Shown one piece after another: positions 1 to 11,680 of a DNA stretch of 64,000 nt (the first letter of the stretch is position 1; each line of letters starts with the position of its first letter). Where the stretch lies: the NCBI GenBank assembly GCA_963783385.1, contig CAWANJ010000003.1, forward strand, positions 288,001 to 352,000, in the 5' to 3' direction. Below the pieces are notes generated by a model. That model worked only from the letters and a program-made list of their open reading frames with translations, was not told the origin of the DNA and ran no database searches. The DNA is from an uncultured Gemmatimonadales bacterium (GTDB lineage Bacteria > Gemmatimonadota > Gemmatimonadetes > Palauibacterales > Palauibacteraceae). Position numbers and translations under genes: made by a program.

Positions 1-808
1 CCACCTGGTCCAGCACCGGGAGCGCGAAGGGCTCGAAGTGCATCTGGGGCGGGTAGGCACCGGTCTCCGCGTGGATGCGCCCGACGATCGTGCGGAGCTC
101 GGCCGTCACCGAAGCGGTCGTGGCGCCCGGGGCCAGCCTCCCGACACCGTACAGGTAGTGGCTGCCGCGGGTGAGATTGGCCGGGTCGAGCACGAGGGGC
201 ACGAACATCTCCGCGGGTCGCTGCGAGCCGAACTGCAAGGGCAGCCGGACGCCGGGCGGGAGGATGCCGACCACCGTGCGGGGCGCCCCGTCCACCACGA
301 TCCTCCGGCCCAGGACCGAGGGATCCGCCCCGTACCGGCGGCGCCACAGCTCGTCCGCGAGGATCACGACATCGCTCGGTCCGCCCGGCCGACCTTCCTC
401 CTCTCGGAAGGTCCGACCCCTCTCGGCCGAGACGCCCAGGACGTCGAAGACCCCGGGCGTCACGTCCGCGGCCGCCACCCGCTCGGCCCCCTGCTCACCC
501 TCCAGGTTGGCGGCATCGGGGCTGAAGGCGGCCACGGAGGTCAGACCCTTCGCCTTGCGGTAGTCGAACAGCTCGGCCGGCGAGATCCACGTGCGCTCGT
601 AGCCGGTCCAGCGGTTCCAGACCATCACCACGCGGTCGGGATGCCCGTAGGGGAGGGGGCGAAGGAGCACGCCGCGCACCACGCTGAAGATGGCCGTCGT
701 GGCCCCGATCCCGAGCGCCAGGGTGACGAGAGCCACGGCGGCGAAGCCGGGGCTCCGGCGGAGCTGGCGAAGCGCGTAGCGCAGGTCCTGCTTCAGGGCG
801 TCCAGCAT
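1..808 (-). CDS. ABC transporter permease, MacB/FtsX duplicated (ADOP) family; 3' end beyond window
   Basis: Read manually: ATG at 808 after [32 protein letters not shown]...ALGIGATTAIFSVV...LLRPLPY; same N-terminus as the neighbouring paralogs. Confidence 0.9.
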   Translation of the reverse strand, partial: MLDALKQDLRYALRQLRRSPGFAAVALVTLALGIGATTAIFSVVRGVLLRPLPYGHPDRVVMVWNRWTGYERTWISPAELFDYRKAKGLTSVAAFSPDAANLEGEQGAERVAAADVTPGVFDVLGVSAERGRTFREEEGRPGGPSDVVILADELWRRRYGADPSVLGRRIVVDGAPRTVVGILPPGVRLPLQFGSQRPAEMFVPLVLDPANLTRGSHYLYGVGRLAPGATTASVTAELRTIVGRIHAETGAYPPQMHFEPFALPVLDQV

Positions 809-917
809 GCTCACTCCTCCGGCGACGGGCACATGGGCTCGGTCCCCGCGGCCGGCCGGGCCGGCGCACGGAAGATCGCGAGGTTGCGGCGAGCGCGGGC
901 CGACCGTCCGACGGCTG

Positions 918-3344
918 TCACTCCGACCTCAGCGCCCGGACCGGATCGACCCGGGCGGCGCGCCGGGCCGGAATCCAGGTGGCGGCGGCGGCCACGGAGG
1001 CCAGGACGACCGCGGCGGCGGCCACGGTCGCCGGGTCCGTGGGCCTCAGGCCGTACAGGAGGCTGGAGAGCAGCCGCGACGAGACCAGCGTGCCGGCGAG
1101 GCCTATGGCGATCCCGGCCCCGACGGGAAGGAGCCCATCGCCGAGCGCTCGCCTGAGGATCCGGCCCGGCGTGGCGCCCAGAGCCATGCGGACCCCGAAC
1201 TCCCCGTGGCGCCCTCCCACCTGGTAGGCCATCACGCCGTAGACGCCCACAGCACCCAGGGCCAGGGCCAGGAGCGCGAAGAACGCGAGCACGCCCGCGA
1301 AGAAGCGCTCACGGGCCAGTGAGTCGGTCAGCACGTCCCCCATCAGCCGCGTCCGCGCCACCGGGACGTCGGGGGCCACGTCGTGCAGGGAGCGCGTCAT
1401 GGGCCCGATGAGGGCCGTCGGATCCCCCTCGGTCTTCAGGAAGACGTCCATGCCGGCGAGCGGGTACTGGGCCAGGGGTCGGTACATCTCCGGCCGGGGC
1501 GCCTCGCGCAGAGACCGCTGGTGGACATCGCCGACGACCCCGACCACCCGGAAGGGCTCCGAGCCGAACAGCTTGATCTCCTTGCCGACCGCGCTCTCGC
1601 CGGGCCACAGCTGTCGGGCCATCGTCGCATTGACGAGACCGACCGGGGCCCCGTCCTCGCGGTCGTCTGGACCCAGGAGGCGGCCCGCGACAAGCGGGAT
1701 GCCGAGCGTCCGGAAGTAGCCCGGCGTGACCACGCGGAAGTTGGCGCTGGGCAGCGGCGCGCCCTGCGGTGGCGGGTGGCCCTCCGCCAGGTACGGGAAG
1801 GCCCAGTTCCCGTCGGTGAGGGGCAGGAGCTGGATCGCTCCCACGCTCTCCACGCCGGGGAGGGCGCCGAGGCGGGCCTGGAGCTCCGAGTAGAGGGCGC
1901 GCGCCCGGCCACCGCCGCCTCCTTCGTAGGCATGGCTGGGGGGCTCGAGGCGGAGGTCCAGCACGTGATGCACGTCGAGGCCCGGGTCGACCGACCTGAG
2001 GGCGCGCAGGCTTCCGAGGAGCAGGCCGGCGCCCGTCACCACCACGAGGGCGAGCGCGACCTCGGCGGCGACGAGGACACGTCCGAGTCGGCGGCCGGAT
2101 CGGCTCCCCTCCGAGCGCCGCCCCTCACCGATTCCGGCCCGGATGGCGCCCGAGCTGGCCCGGAGCGCCGGGAGCAGGCCGAAGCCGACCGCGCATGCCA
2201 ATGAGACGCCGACCGCGAACGCGAGAACCCCGGGGTCGAGGGGAAGGGAGCCGGCCCGGGGCAGTCCCGAGATTCGAGACACCCTCAGCGCGGCGAGGAT
2301 CAGCCGGGCCAGACCGATCCCGGCCGCGCAACCCGCGAGGGATAGTACGAGGCTCTCCACGAGCTGGTCGCGGACCAGGCGGCTCCGGCCGGCCCCGAGG
2401 GCGGTCCGCACGGCCAGCTCCCGTTGGCGATGCTCGCCCCGGGCCAGCAGGAGGTTGGCCAGGTTCGCGCACAGCAGGAGGAGCACGAGCCCGACCGCGC
2501 CGAGCAGGGTCCACAGCGGCCGGCTCACGTCGCCGACCATGGACGCGAGCACGCCGGTCGCGCTCGCGGCGCGGACCGCGTCCCGGTCGATGACCTCCGG
2601 GAACCGGTCGTGCAGCCTCTCCATCGTGGCGCGGACCTCGGTCGCCACGCCATCCACGGTGGCGCCGGGCCGCATGCGGCCGACGATCGTGTTGACGTAC
2701 CACGTGCTGTCCGTGGCCACCGTCCGTCCGGGAGGCGCGTCGAGCGGCGCCCACGCCTGGAAATCGGAGCCATCCAGGGCGGCCGGGCCGTGAAAGCCAC
2801 GCGGCATCACGCCGACGACCGTCCGGAAAGCGTGGCCGTTGCCGTCGAGCGCCAGCCGACGCCCGACAATGGACGGGTCGCCCCCGAACCGGCTCTGCCA
2901 CAGCGACCAGCTCAGGATCACGACGTCCGAGCGGTCCCGATTCCGGTCGGCGGGCCGGAACGCACGGCCCAGGAGCGGCTGCACCCCGAACACTGGGAAG
3001 AAGCCGGCGTCGACCATCTGGGTGGGGATGGCCGCGGGCTCGCCCGCGCCGGTCAGGGTCAGGGTCCAGCCCGACAGGCCCGTCCACGCCTCGATGTCCG
3101 GGGCGCTCTCGGACACTTCCGTCGCCAGCGCGATGTTGGCGTTCTCTCCCGGCAGGAGCTCGACGAGCCGGTCCGGATGTGGGTACGGGAGCGGCCGGAG
3201 GAGGACGGCGTTCACGACCGTGAACATCGCCACCGACGCACCGACCCCGAGTGCGAGCGTGAAGATCACCGATAACGTGAAGCCGGGGCTGCGCGTCAGT
3301 CGTCGCAGGGTGTGGCGAAGGTCCCGGCGGAGAGCGTCACTCAT
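918..3344 (-). CDS. ABC transporter permease, ADOP family (808 aa)
   Basis: RSPGF..ALGVGA start, [27 protein letters not shown] motif, C-terminal [17 protein letters not shown]. Confidence 0.93.
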   Translation of the reverse strand: MSDALRRDLRHTLRRLTRSPGFTLSVIFTLALGVGASVAMFTVVNAVLLRPLPYPHPDRLVELLPGENANIALATEVSESAPDIEAWTGLSGWTLTLTGAGEPAAIPTQMVDAGFFPVFGVQPLLGRAFRPADRNRDRSDVVILSWSLWQSRFGGDPSIVGRRLALDGNGHAFRTVVGVMPRGFHGPAALDGSDFQAWAPLDAPPGRTVATDSTWYVNTIVGRMRPGATVDGVATEVRATMERLHDRFPEVIDRDAVRAASATGVLASMVGDVSRPLWTLLGAVGLVLLLLCANLANLLLARGEHRQRELAVRTALGAGRSRLVRDQLVESLVLSLAGCAAGIGLARLILAALRVSRISGLPRAGSLPLDPGVLAFAVGVSLACAVGFGLLPALRASSGAIRAGIGEGRRSEGSRSGRRLGRVLVAAEVALALVVVTGAGLLLGSLRALRSVDPGLDVHHVLDLRLEPPSHAYEGGGGGRARALYSELQARLGALPGVESVGAIQLLPLTDGNWAFPYLAEGHPPPQGAPLPSANFRVVTPGYFRTLGIPLVAGRLLGPDDREDGAPVGLVNATMARQLWPGESAVGKEIKLFGSEPFRVVGVVGDVHQRSLREAPRPEMYRPLAQYPLAGMDVFLKTEGDPTALIGPMTRSLHDVAPDVPVARTRLMGDVLTDSLARERFFAGVLAFFALLALALGAVGVYGVMAYQVGGRHGEFGVRMALGATPGRILRRALGDGLLPVGAGIAIGLAGTLVSSRLLSSLLYGLRPTDPATVAAAAVVLASVAAAATWIPARRAARVDPVRALRSE

Positions 3345-5836
3345 GCCGGAGCGCCTCCATCGGGTCGATGCGCGCCGCCCGACGTGCGGGAAGCCAGGTG
3401 GCCGCCAGGGCCACGCCGGCGAGGAGGAGGGCGGCCAGCGCGAAGGTGGCCGGATCGAGGGTCGAGACGCCGAACAACATGGAGCCGAGGACCCGCGTCA
3501 CGGCCACGGCGCCCGCCAGGCCGAGGCCGACGCCGATGACCACCAGCGCCAGGTTCTCCCGGATCAGGAGACCCACCACCTGGCGGGGTCGGGCGCCGAT
3601 GGCCATTCGAAGGCCGATCTCCCGGGTGCGCTGCGCGACGGCGTAGGCCGTGATGCCGTAGATGCCCACCAGCGCCAGGAGGAGAGCCAGCCCCGCGAAC
3701 AGGGTTAGGAGCGTCATGCCCTGGCGTCGCGAGGCCGTGGAGCGCGAGAGCTCCTGGTCGAGACTCACGATCTCGCCGATGGGCTGGCCCGGGTCGATGC
3801 GCCGGACCGCCGACCGCACGGCCCCCGCCAGAGCCAGCGGGGTCTTGCGGGCCTTGAGGACGACCCACATCTGCGGGATCTCGCCCGCCTGAAGGACCGG
3901 CAGGTAAACCTCCGGCATCACGGTCGACTCGAGGGACGAGTAGTGGACGTTGCCGATGACTCCGATGACCACGGGGTGGGCATTCCCGATGCCGGGCATT
4001 CTCACCGGAAGGGTCTTCCCCACCGCGTCCTGGCCGGGCCACAGCTCGTCGGCCAGCGCGCGATTCACGATCACGACCTTGCGGGAGTCCGATCGGTCCG
4101 CCGGCGTGAAATCCCTTCCGTGGAGGGCGATTCCGGTGGCGGCGAAGTAGCGCGGTCCAACCACGCCGAACCGGACGAGCATGAACTCCCGCCCGGCGTC
4201 CGGTCGGATCGTGCGCGGGTCGAAGGCGAAGACGTTGACGCTCCGTGTGAGGGGAAGCGTGCGCGACAGACTCACCGCCGCGACGGCCGGATCGCGGGCC
4301 AGTGTCGTGGTCAGCGTCCCGAAGAAGTCGTCCTGTTGCCGCACGGTCGGATAGCGCGACGGTGTGAGCCTGACGCGCGCCGCCAGGACGTCCCGCGTGT
4401 CGTAGCCCGGGTCCACCGACATGAGGCGGATGAAGCTCCGAACCAGGAGCCCGGAGCCGACCACGAGAACGAGGGCCAGGGCCAGTTCCGCCGCGACGAG
4501 GGCGCTGTGGGTCCGCTTTCGTCGCCTGGATCCGGTGGTCGCGGTGCCTTCGGCCCTGAGGGCCTGCTCCATGTCGAAGGTCGTGGTCCGAAAGGCCGGG
4601 AGCAGGCCGAAGGCGAGGCCGGTGATGACGGATAGCCCAACCGCGAAGGCGAGGACGCCCGGGTCGATCCCGACCTCGCTCGCTCGCGGCACGTTCGTCC
4701 ACACGGCCAGGCCGGCTGCCAGTCCCCAGCGGCTCAGCAGCACGCCCAGCATCCCGGCCACCAGCGCCAGGAGCACGCTCTCGGTCAGGAGCTGCCGGAC
4801 CAGCCGACCGCGGTCCGCGCCCAGGGCTCGACGCACCGCCATCTCCCGGCGGCGCTCCGTGGCGCGCGCGATGAGCAGGCCGGCGGCGTTGGCGCAGGCG
4901 ATGAGGAGCACGAGCGCTACCGCGCCGAACAGGACGTACAGCGACGATCGCGCGTCCCCCACGACCGCCGCCTTGAGCGGCCCGATCTCCATTCGGAGGG
5001 ACCCGATCGCGGCGGCCGTCGGCGCGCCGGCCGGGGGCGGACCCTGGGCGCGCATCTCCACGCGCCGCTCGCCGCCGCTTCCCGGCTTCTCCCCTTCCTG
5101 GATGTGCCGGTTCAGGGCCTCGACGTCCGCGCGAGCGCGCTCGAGCGTGGCCCCCGGCGCGAGCCGCGCCACGTTCTGGAACGCGTAGACGTACCGTCCG
5201 AACTCGAGCTGCGGATTCGACCGGAACGCCTCCCCGATCGGGACCCAGAGCTGCGTCTCGTCGCTCGGGAAGCCGAAGCCGCGCGGCATGACGCCCACGA
5301 CGGTGAAGCTGCGGCCATCCAGGCTCACGGAGCGGCCGACGATCGTCGGATCGGAGCCGAAGTCCGTGACCCACATTCCTATGGCTCAGCACCGCGACAT
5401 GCGCATTTCGCTCGGAGTCCGTGAACGAGCGACCCACCGCGGGCGAACTGTCCAGGACCCGGAAGAGATCGGGCGAGACGACCGCGGCCCGGACCTCACG
5501 GGCCTCGTCGGCCAGGGCGAGGTTGAATCGCCGGGAGCTGTACGCCGCGACGCCGCTGAAGTCGGACGTGAGCTTCCGGGCGTCCTGCACGTCCGGATAC
5601 GACAGTCCGCTGCGGAAGGACGCGCCGCCCCGAGAGGAGAGTCTCGTGAGGTCGACCAGCCGATCCGCCTCCGGGTAGCGCAGCGGCCGAAGGAGGACCG
5701 AGTCCACCACGCTGAAGATGGCCGTGTTGGCGCCGATCCCGAGTGCCAGCGTCAGGATAGCCACGACCGCGAATCCGGGGCTCCGTCGGAGCTGCCGGAT
5801 CGCGAAGCGGAGGTCCTGGCGGAGCGTGTCGAGCAC
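3337..5836 (-). CDS. ABC transporter permease, ADOP family, one frameshift near 5378
   Basis: N-part [22 protein letters not shown] (ORF 3341..5836) switches frame into [14 protein letters not shown]...[10 protein letters not shown] (ORF 3337..5376). Confidence 0.88.
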
Positions 5837-5920
5837 GGTCAGGTCTCCCGGACCAGGCAGGGGACGCGGTGAACCCGGACGACCGTGAGCGTCGGGGCGT
5901 CGAACCGGAGCCGCCGCGCC

Positions 5921-8317
5921 TCACTCATGGCGCAGTGCGTCCATCGGATCGGTGCGCGCGGCCCGGCGGGCGGGTAGCCACGCGGCCAGTCCCGCCACGG
6001 CGAGAAGAGTCATCCCGGCGGCTCCCAGGATGGCCGGGTCGCCCGGCCGCACCCCGTACAGCAGGGACGCGAGCGCGCGGGTCGTCGGCAGGGCGACCGC
6101 GATTCCGATCGCGACCCCGAGCGCGCCGACCGCGAGTCCCTGGCCGACCACGAGGCGGACCACGCGCCGGCGGTCGGCTCCCAGGGCGATCCGGATCCCG
6201 ATCTCGTGCGTCCGCTGCGCCGCCAGGAAGGCGATCACGCCGTAGATGCCGATGGCGGCGAGGACCAGGCCGAGGACGCCCAGGAGGGTCAGGAGGGTCG
6301 TGTTGAAGCGCCGGGTCGCCGTCGAGCGGCGGATGATCTCGTCCATCGTGCGCGGCGCCGTCAGGGCGAGCAGGGGATCCACCGAGGCGACGGCCCGGCG
6401 CACCTGGGGCGCGAGCCCCATGGCCGGCACGGAGCCGCGGACCACCAGGTACTGCGACCTCTGAGATCGCTGGCCCTCCGGATAGTAGACCTCGTCGGCG
6501 ACCTCCCGGTCGAGCCCGTTGGCGTGGGTGTCCGCCGTGACCCCGATCACCGTGTAGGCCCGGTCCCCGTCGCAGTGGGTGAGGCGCCGGCCCAGGGGGT
6601 CGGCGTCACCGAACAGGCGGTGGGCCAGGTCGGAGTTGATCACGACGACGCCCGGTGCATCCGCTACGTCACCCGGGCCGAAGGTCCGTCCCCGCAGGAG
6701 CGGGATCCCGAGGGTCGAGAAGTAGTCCCCCGTGGCCACGCGGAGGTTGGCGTCCACACCCACACGGCTTCCTTCCCGCCGGGCTCCGCAGTCGTAGCCG
6801 GACGCCCCGATCGGGATGCGCGAGACGAGTGCCGCCGAGGCTACGCCGGGGACCGCGCCCGCCGCGTCGTGGATGCGCTCGAAGGCGCTCCGGACCTCCC
6901 TCGCGGAGGGATACCGGGAGGCCGGGAGCTCGGTGGCCGCGACCAGCACGTCGCTCGGATCGAAGCCCGGAGAGACACGGCCCAGAAGGACGGCGCTCCG
7001 CACGAGCAGTCCGGCGGCCACCAGCAGCACGAGGGCCACCGACACCTGGGCGACCACTAGGGCCGATCGGAGCCGCGCGGAAACGTGACCGGCGCCCGAG
7101 CGCGAGCTCTCCCGGAGCGTGCCCTGCGGCTCGACGCGGGCCGCGCGGAGAGCCGGCAGGAGACCGAACAGCACGCTCGAGAGGAGGGCGAGTCCGACGG
7201 CGAAGGCCACGACCGTGCCGTCGACCGACGTGCCCTGGAGCCGTGGCACGCCGGCGGGGGCGCGGGTCACGAAGTAGCGCACGCCTGCCCACGCGACCGC
7301 CAGGCCGACGGCGGATCCCGCGAGCCCCAGGACGAGGCTCTCCGCGAGCATCTGGGACACGAGCCGGCCCCGATCGGCCCCCAGAGCGCCGCGGATCGCC
7401 AGCTCCGACCGGCGCGCCACGCCGCGGGCCAGCAGGAGGTTGGTGAGGTTGGCGCAGGCGATGAGGAGCACGAGCCCCACGGCGCCGAACAGGATGAGGA
7501 TCTGGTCGCGCACCGTACCCACCACCATGTCGCGCATGGGCCGAGCGACGATGTGTCCGTCGAAACCGCCGTCCGGGTACTGGCGAGCCAGGCGCGTCTC
7601 GATCCGTGTGAGCTCGCGGACGGCCGCCGCGGCCGTCACCCCGGTGCGCATCTTTCCCACGACGGCGAGCTCGTGGTCTCCATGCTCCGCTCGCTCGGAC
7701 GGACCGAACACGAGTGGCACGTAGACGAGATTCGGCCTGTCGGAGAGGGCGTAGGCCGGCGCGGCGACCCCGGCCACCGTGTACGGAGCCCCGCTGAGCG
7801 TGATCGTGCGGCCCACGACCGAGGGATCGCCCCCGAATTGCGACTCCCACAGCGAATGCGACAGGACCACGACGTGCGGCTCTCCGGGATCGGCGTCGCG
7901 CGGAGCGAAGTAGCGGCCCGCGCTCGGCTGGATGTAGAGGGTCTTGAAGTAGTCCGCGTTCACGGCCAGGGCCTGGAGCCGCCGGGGCTCCCCGGTGCCG
8001 GTCAGCGTGAACGCCCCGTAGCCCCACGCGGCGAACGACTCGAACGAGCGAGAACGCTCCTGCCAGGCGGCGAAGTTGCCGAAGGTCACCACCATGCCGT
8101 GGGTGTCCTGGGGCCCATTGCGCTCGCGGAGCTCCAGCAGGCGACCCGCGCCGGCGTAGGGCAGCGGCCGAAGCAGCACCTCGTGGGCCACGCTGAACAG
8201 GGCGGTGTTGGCGCCGATGCCCAGCGCGAGGGTGAGGATGGCGGCCAGGGCGAACCCCGGGCTCCGTCGGAGCTGCCGGAGCGCGAAGCGGAGATCCTGG
8301 CGGAGCGTGTCGAGCAT
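5921..8317 (-). CDS. ABC transporter permease, ADOP family
   Basis: Likely start ATG 8317 ([15 protein letters not shown]) overlapping upstream TGA; LLIACANLTNLLLARG motif; ends TDPMDALRHE. Confidence 0.93.
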   Translation of the reverse strand: MLDTLRQDLRFALRQLRRSPGFALAAILTLALGIGANTALFSVAHEVLLRPLPYAGAGRLLELRERNGPQDTHGMVVTFGNFAAWQERSRSFESFAAWGYGAFTLTGTGEPRRLQALAVNADYFKTLYIQPSAGRYFAPRDADPGEPHVVVLSHSLWESQFGGDPSVVGRTITLSGAPYTVAGVAAPAYALSDRPNLVYVPLVFGPSERAEHGDHELAVVGKMRTGVTAAAAVRELTRIETRLARQYPDGGFDGHIVARPMRDMVVGTVRDQILILFGAVGLVLLIACANLTNLLLARGVARRSELAIRGALGADRGRLVSQMLAESLVLGLAGSAVGLAVAWAGVRYFVTRAPAGVPRLQGTSVDGTVVAFAVGLALLSSVLFGLLPALRAARVEPQGTLRESSRSGAGHVSARLRSALVVAQVSVALVLLVAAGLLVRSAVLLGRVSPGFDPSDVLVAATELPASRYPSAREVRSAFERIHDAAGAVPGVASAALVSRIPIGASGYDCGARREGSRVGVDANLRVATGDYFSTLGIPLLRGRTFGPGDVADAPGVVVINSDLAHRLFGDADPLGRRLTHCDGDRAYTVIGVTADTHANGLDREVADEVYYPEGQRSQRSQYLVVRGSVPAMGLAPQVRRAVASVDPLLALTAPRTMDEIIRRSTATRRFNTTLLTLLGVLGLVLAAIGIYGVIAFLAAQRTHEIGIRIALGADRRRVVRLVVGQGLAVGALGVAIGIAVALPTTRALASLLYGVRPGDPAILGAAGMTLLAVAGLAAWLPARRAARTDPMDALRHE

Positions 8318-10738
8318 CACTCCTCCCGCAGGGCCTTCATGGGATCCACTCTGCCCGCCTGCACCGCCGGGCGCAGCGCGGCTAGCAGCGCGCACGTGCC
8401 GAGCACCACGACCGCCGTCGCAAAGGTGACCGGATCCTCGGTCGGAACGCCGTGGAGCGTCCCCCGTAGCGCGCGCGCGAACAGGAGCCCGCCGGCGATT
8501 CCGGCCAGGCCCCCGACCGCGATCATTCCGGCGGCGTCGCCGAGCACCCACAGGACGACGCGACGCGGCGACGCGCCCAGGGCCAGGCGCATCCCGATCT
8601 CGCCGGCGCGGGCCCGGGTCGTGTACGCGATGAGGCCGTACAGGCCGAGCACGGCCAGGAGCATCGCGACCACCGCGAACATCGACACGACCAGCATCTC
8701 GAATCTCGGCTGCACGAGCTGGGCGTCGATGTGGGCGCGCATGGTGCCCAGGTGGGACGCCTCGAGGTCGGGGTCGATGCCGGCCAGTGCCCGCCTCACC
8801 GCGGGAGCGAGCGCGGCGGGATCGCCGTCGGTCCGGATGACGAAGTAGGTGGCCCAGCGCGTCCGCTGCCGGTTGGAGAGGTAGATCTCGGGCTCGATCG
8901 CCCGGTCCGGCAGGAACGGCTGGACGTCGGCCACGACGCCGACCACGCGAACGGTCGGGGCGCCGTCCAGCTCCGGCAGGGCGAGCGTCGCTCCTACCGG
9001 GTCTCCATCCGGCCAGAAACGGGATGCCATGGCCCGGTCGATGACCGCCACGGTCGGCGAGCCGGTGTCGTCCGACTCGCGGAACGTGCGGCCTCGCAGC
9101 AGCGGCTGACCCAGGGTGCTGAAGTAGTTCGGGCCGGCGTCGTACCAGGCCACGCCGGGAGCCTGGTCCCGGGTCCAGCCGCGCCCCTGGACGAGGAGCG
9201 GGGTGAGTCCATCGCCGCCGCCGAACAGCGGCCCGGCGGACACCGTCCCCACCGAGCGGACGCCCGGCAGCCCCTCCAGCCGAGCGTCGATGCGCCGGTA
9301 GAGGCTCAGCACCTGGGGAGGCTCCGGGTACTTCCCCGTCGAGGCGAAGGTCCAGAAGGTCAGCAGGTGCTCCGTGTCGAACCCCGGCCGCCAGTCCAGC
9401 AGGTTGGTGAAGCTGCGGAGCAGGAGGCCGGAGCCGGTGACCAGCACGAGCGCCAGGGCCAGCTGGCCGGCCACGAGGACGCGCCTGGACCGGCGCGTCT
9501 TACGGTCGACCGAGGTGCCCCGCGCACCGCGGAACAGGTGCGCGAGATTCTGCTCGCGGAGCCGCATCGCGGGCAGCAGTCCCACCGCGAGGCCGGTGAC
9601 CACGGTGACCAGGCCGGCGACGAGCAGGACGCGTCCGTCCACGGCCACCCGGTCCAGACGCGGGATCCCGGCCGGAGCGAGGGCCCGCAGCACGTGAACG
9701 CCCCACACGGCCAGGAGCGCTCCGGCGCCGCCCCCCAGCACGGCCAGCGCCAGGCCCTCGACGACGAGCCCGGAGGCCACCCGGCCGCGGCCGGCTCCGA
9801 GCGCGAACCGGACGGCCATGTCGCGCCGCCGGCCCACCGCCCGCGCCAGGACCAGCCCCGACACGGTGGAGCACGCGAGGAGCAGCACGAGCGCGACCGC
9901 GCACAGGAGGGCCAGGAGCAGGGGGCGCGCCGAGCGAACCAGGTACGCGCGCATCGGGTGCACGTCCACGCTCCAGCCGCGGACGGCATCCGGATAGGCC
10001 GCGGCCAGCGCGGACTCGGCCCGGCGCAGCTCGGCCCGGGCCTGTTCGACGCTCACGCCGGGCGCCAGTCGGGCGGCGGACGCGAAGCCGCGCCAGTTCC
10101 GGTACTGGGCGGTCGCAGGGTCCCACGGGAGCGGGATCCACAGCTGCGCGTGCTCCAGTCGGGGAACCGAAGTGCCCCGCGGGAGCACGCCGATCACCCT
10201 GTAGCTGTCGCCATCCAGGACCAGCGTCCGGCCCAGCACGTCCGGGTCCCCGCCCAGCTCGCGGCTCCAGAACTCGTGGCTCACGACGGCCACCCTGCCG
10301 TCCCCGTCGGGCGGGCCGTCGGCTGCGGCCAGCATGCGGCCGCGCTCGGGCGCGATGGCCAGGGCGCGGAGGAAGCCCGGCATGGCGATCCCGACGGTCA
10401 CGCCCCGGGCCCCCGCGGCCGTCCGCAGCGCCATCGACTCGGTGCGGGCCGCGCCCATGACCTCGATGCTCGGGCTGCTGCGGGCCCATTCGACCAGGTT
10501 CGGGGTGGCCACCGCGCAGTAGTCTCCGGATCGCGGGCCGGTCTCGCACAGCGTGACCACGCGACCCGAGTCCCGGATGGGAAGGGGTCGGAACAGGATG
10601 TGGTCCACGACGCTGAACACGGCCACGCTGGCCCCGATGCCGAGCGCCAGCACGAGAATGGCGGGCAATGCGAACCCCGGACTCCGCCACATTCTGGCGG
10701 AGGGCGAAGCGGAGGTCCTGGCGGAGCGTGTCGAACAT
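8317..10738 (-). CDS. ABC transporter permease, ADOP family, frameshift near 10693
   Basis: [15 protein letters not shown] (from 10738) joins WRSPGFALPAILVLALGIGA...VDPMKALREE in another frame. Confidence 0.88.
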
Positions 10739-10851
10739 CGGCGTGCCTCCGTCGCGCGGCGCTTCTCGGCGCCGGCGGGTGCGCGGTGGGTCTCGGTGGC
10801 CGGGCGCGCGCCCGGCCGGGTGTGGTCGCCGTGCTGGGATCTACGGAACGA

Positions 10852-11637
10852 TCACAGCTCCACCTCGTAGCCGCTCTCGCGAAGCTCCTCTATGACCTCG
10901 GGTGAGCGCACGCGGTCCTCGACGATCTGGCCGTCGAACAGGTGGATCTGGCGCCCGGCGTATTCGGCGTAGCGGGGGTCGTGGGTGACCATGCAGATGG
11001 TGGCGCCGTCGGCGTGGAGCTCGCTGAGGAGCTCCATCACCGCCTCGCCGTTGGTGGAGTCCAGGTTCCCGGTCGGCTCGTCGGCCAGGAGGATGAGCGG
11101 GTCGCCGACCACGGCGCGCGCCACGGCCACGCGCTGCTGCTGGCCGCCGGAGAGCTGGGCCGGATAGTGCCGCGTGCGATGCGACATGCCCACGCGCTCG
11201 AGGGCCTTCATGACGCGCTCCTTGCGCTCCGCCGAGGGCATGTCCCGATAGGTGAGCGGGAGCTCGACGTTCTCGAACACGTTGAGGTCGCCGATCAGGT
11301 TGAAGGCCTGGAAGATGAAGCCGATATGACGGTTCCGGATCGTGGCGCGCTGCGAGGCCGACAGCCGCGCCACCGGCGTGCCGTCCAGGTCGTACTCGCC
11401 CTCGGTGGGGGAGTCCAGGAGCCCCAGGATCGAGAGGAGCGTCGTCTTCCCGCAGCCGGACGGCCCGGCGATCGAGAGGAACTCGCCCTCCTGGATCGCC
11501 AGGTGCACGTCGGAGAGGGCGTGCGTCTCGACCTCCTCGGTGAGGAACACCTTCTTGACCCCCTCCATCCGGATGAGGGGCGACGTGGCGGTGGCGGCGC
11601 CGGCGCCCGTCTCGGAAAAGGACTCGCTCTGGTTCAT
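10852..11637 (-). CDS. ABC transporter ATP-binding protein (MacB/LolD-like)
   Basis: Walker A GPSGCGKT, signature [10 protein letters not shown], Walker [15 protein letters not shown]-loop VTHD. Confidence 0.96.
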   Translation of the reverse strand: MNQSESFSETGAGAATATSPLIRMEGVKKVFLTEEVETHALSDVHLAIQEGEFLSIAGPSGCGKTTLLSILGLLDSPTEGEYDLDGTPVARLSASQRATIRNRHIGFIFQAFNLIGDLNVFENVELPLTYRDMPSAERKERVMKALERVGMSHRTRHYPAQLSGGQQQRVAVARAVVGDPLILLADEPTGNLDSTNGEAVMELLSELHADGATICMVTHDPRYAEYAGRQIHLFDGQIVEDRVRSPEVIEELRESGYEVEL

Positions 11638-11680
11638 GGCGTCTCCCCTGGAGGGTGGGTCGGACCGGCTCCGCGCCGGT

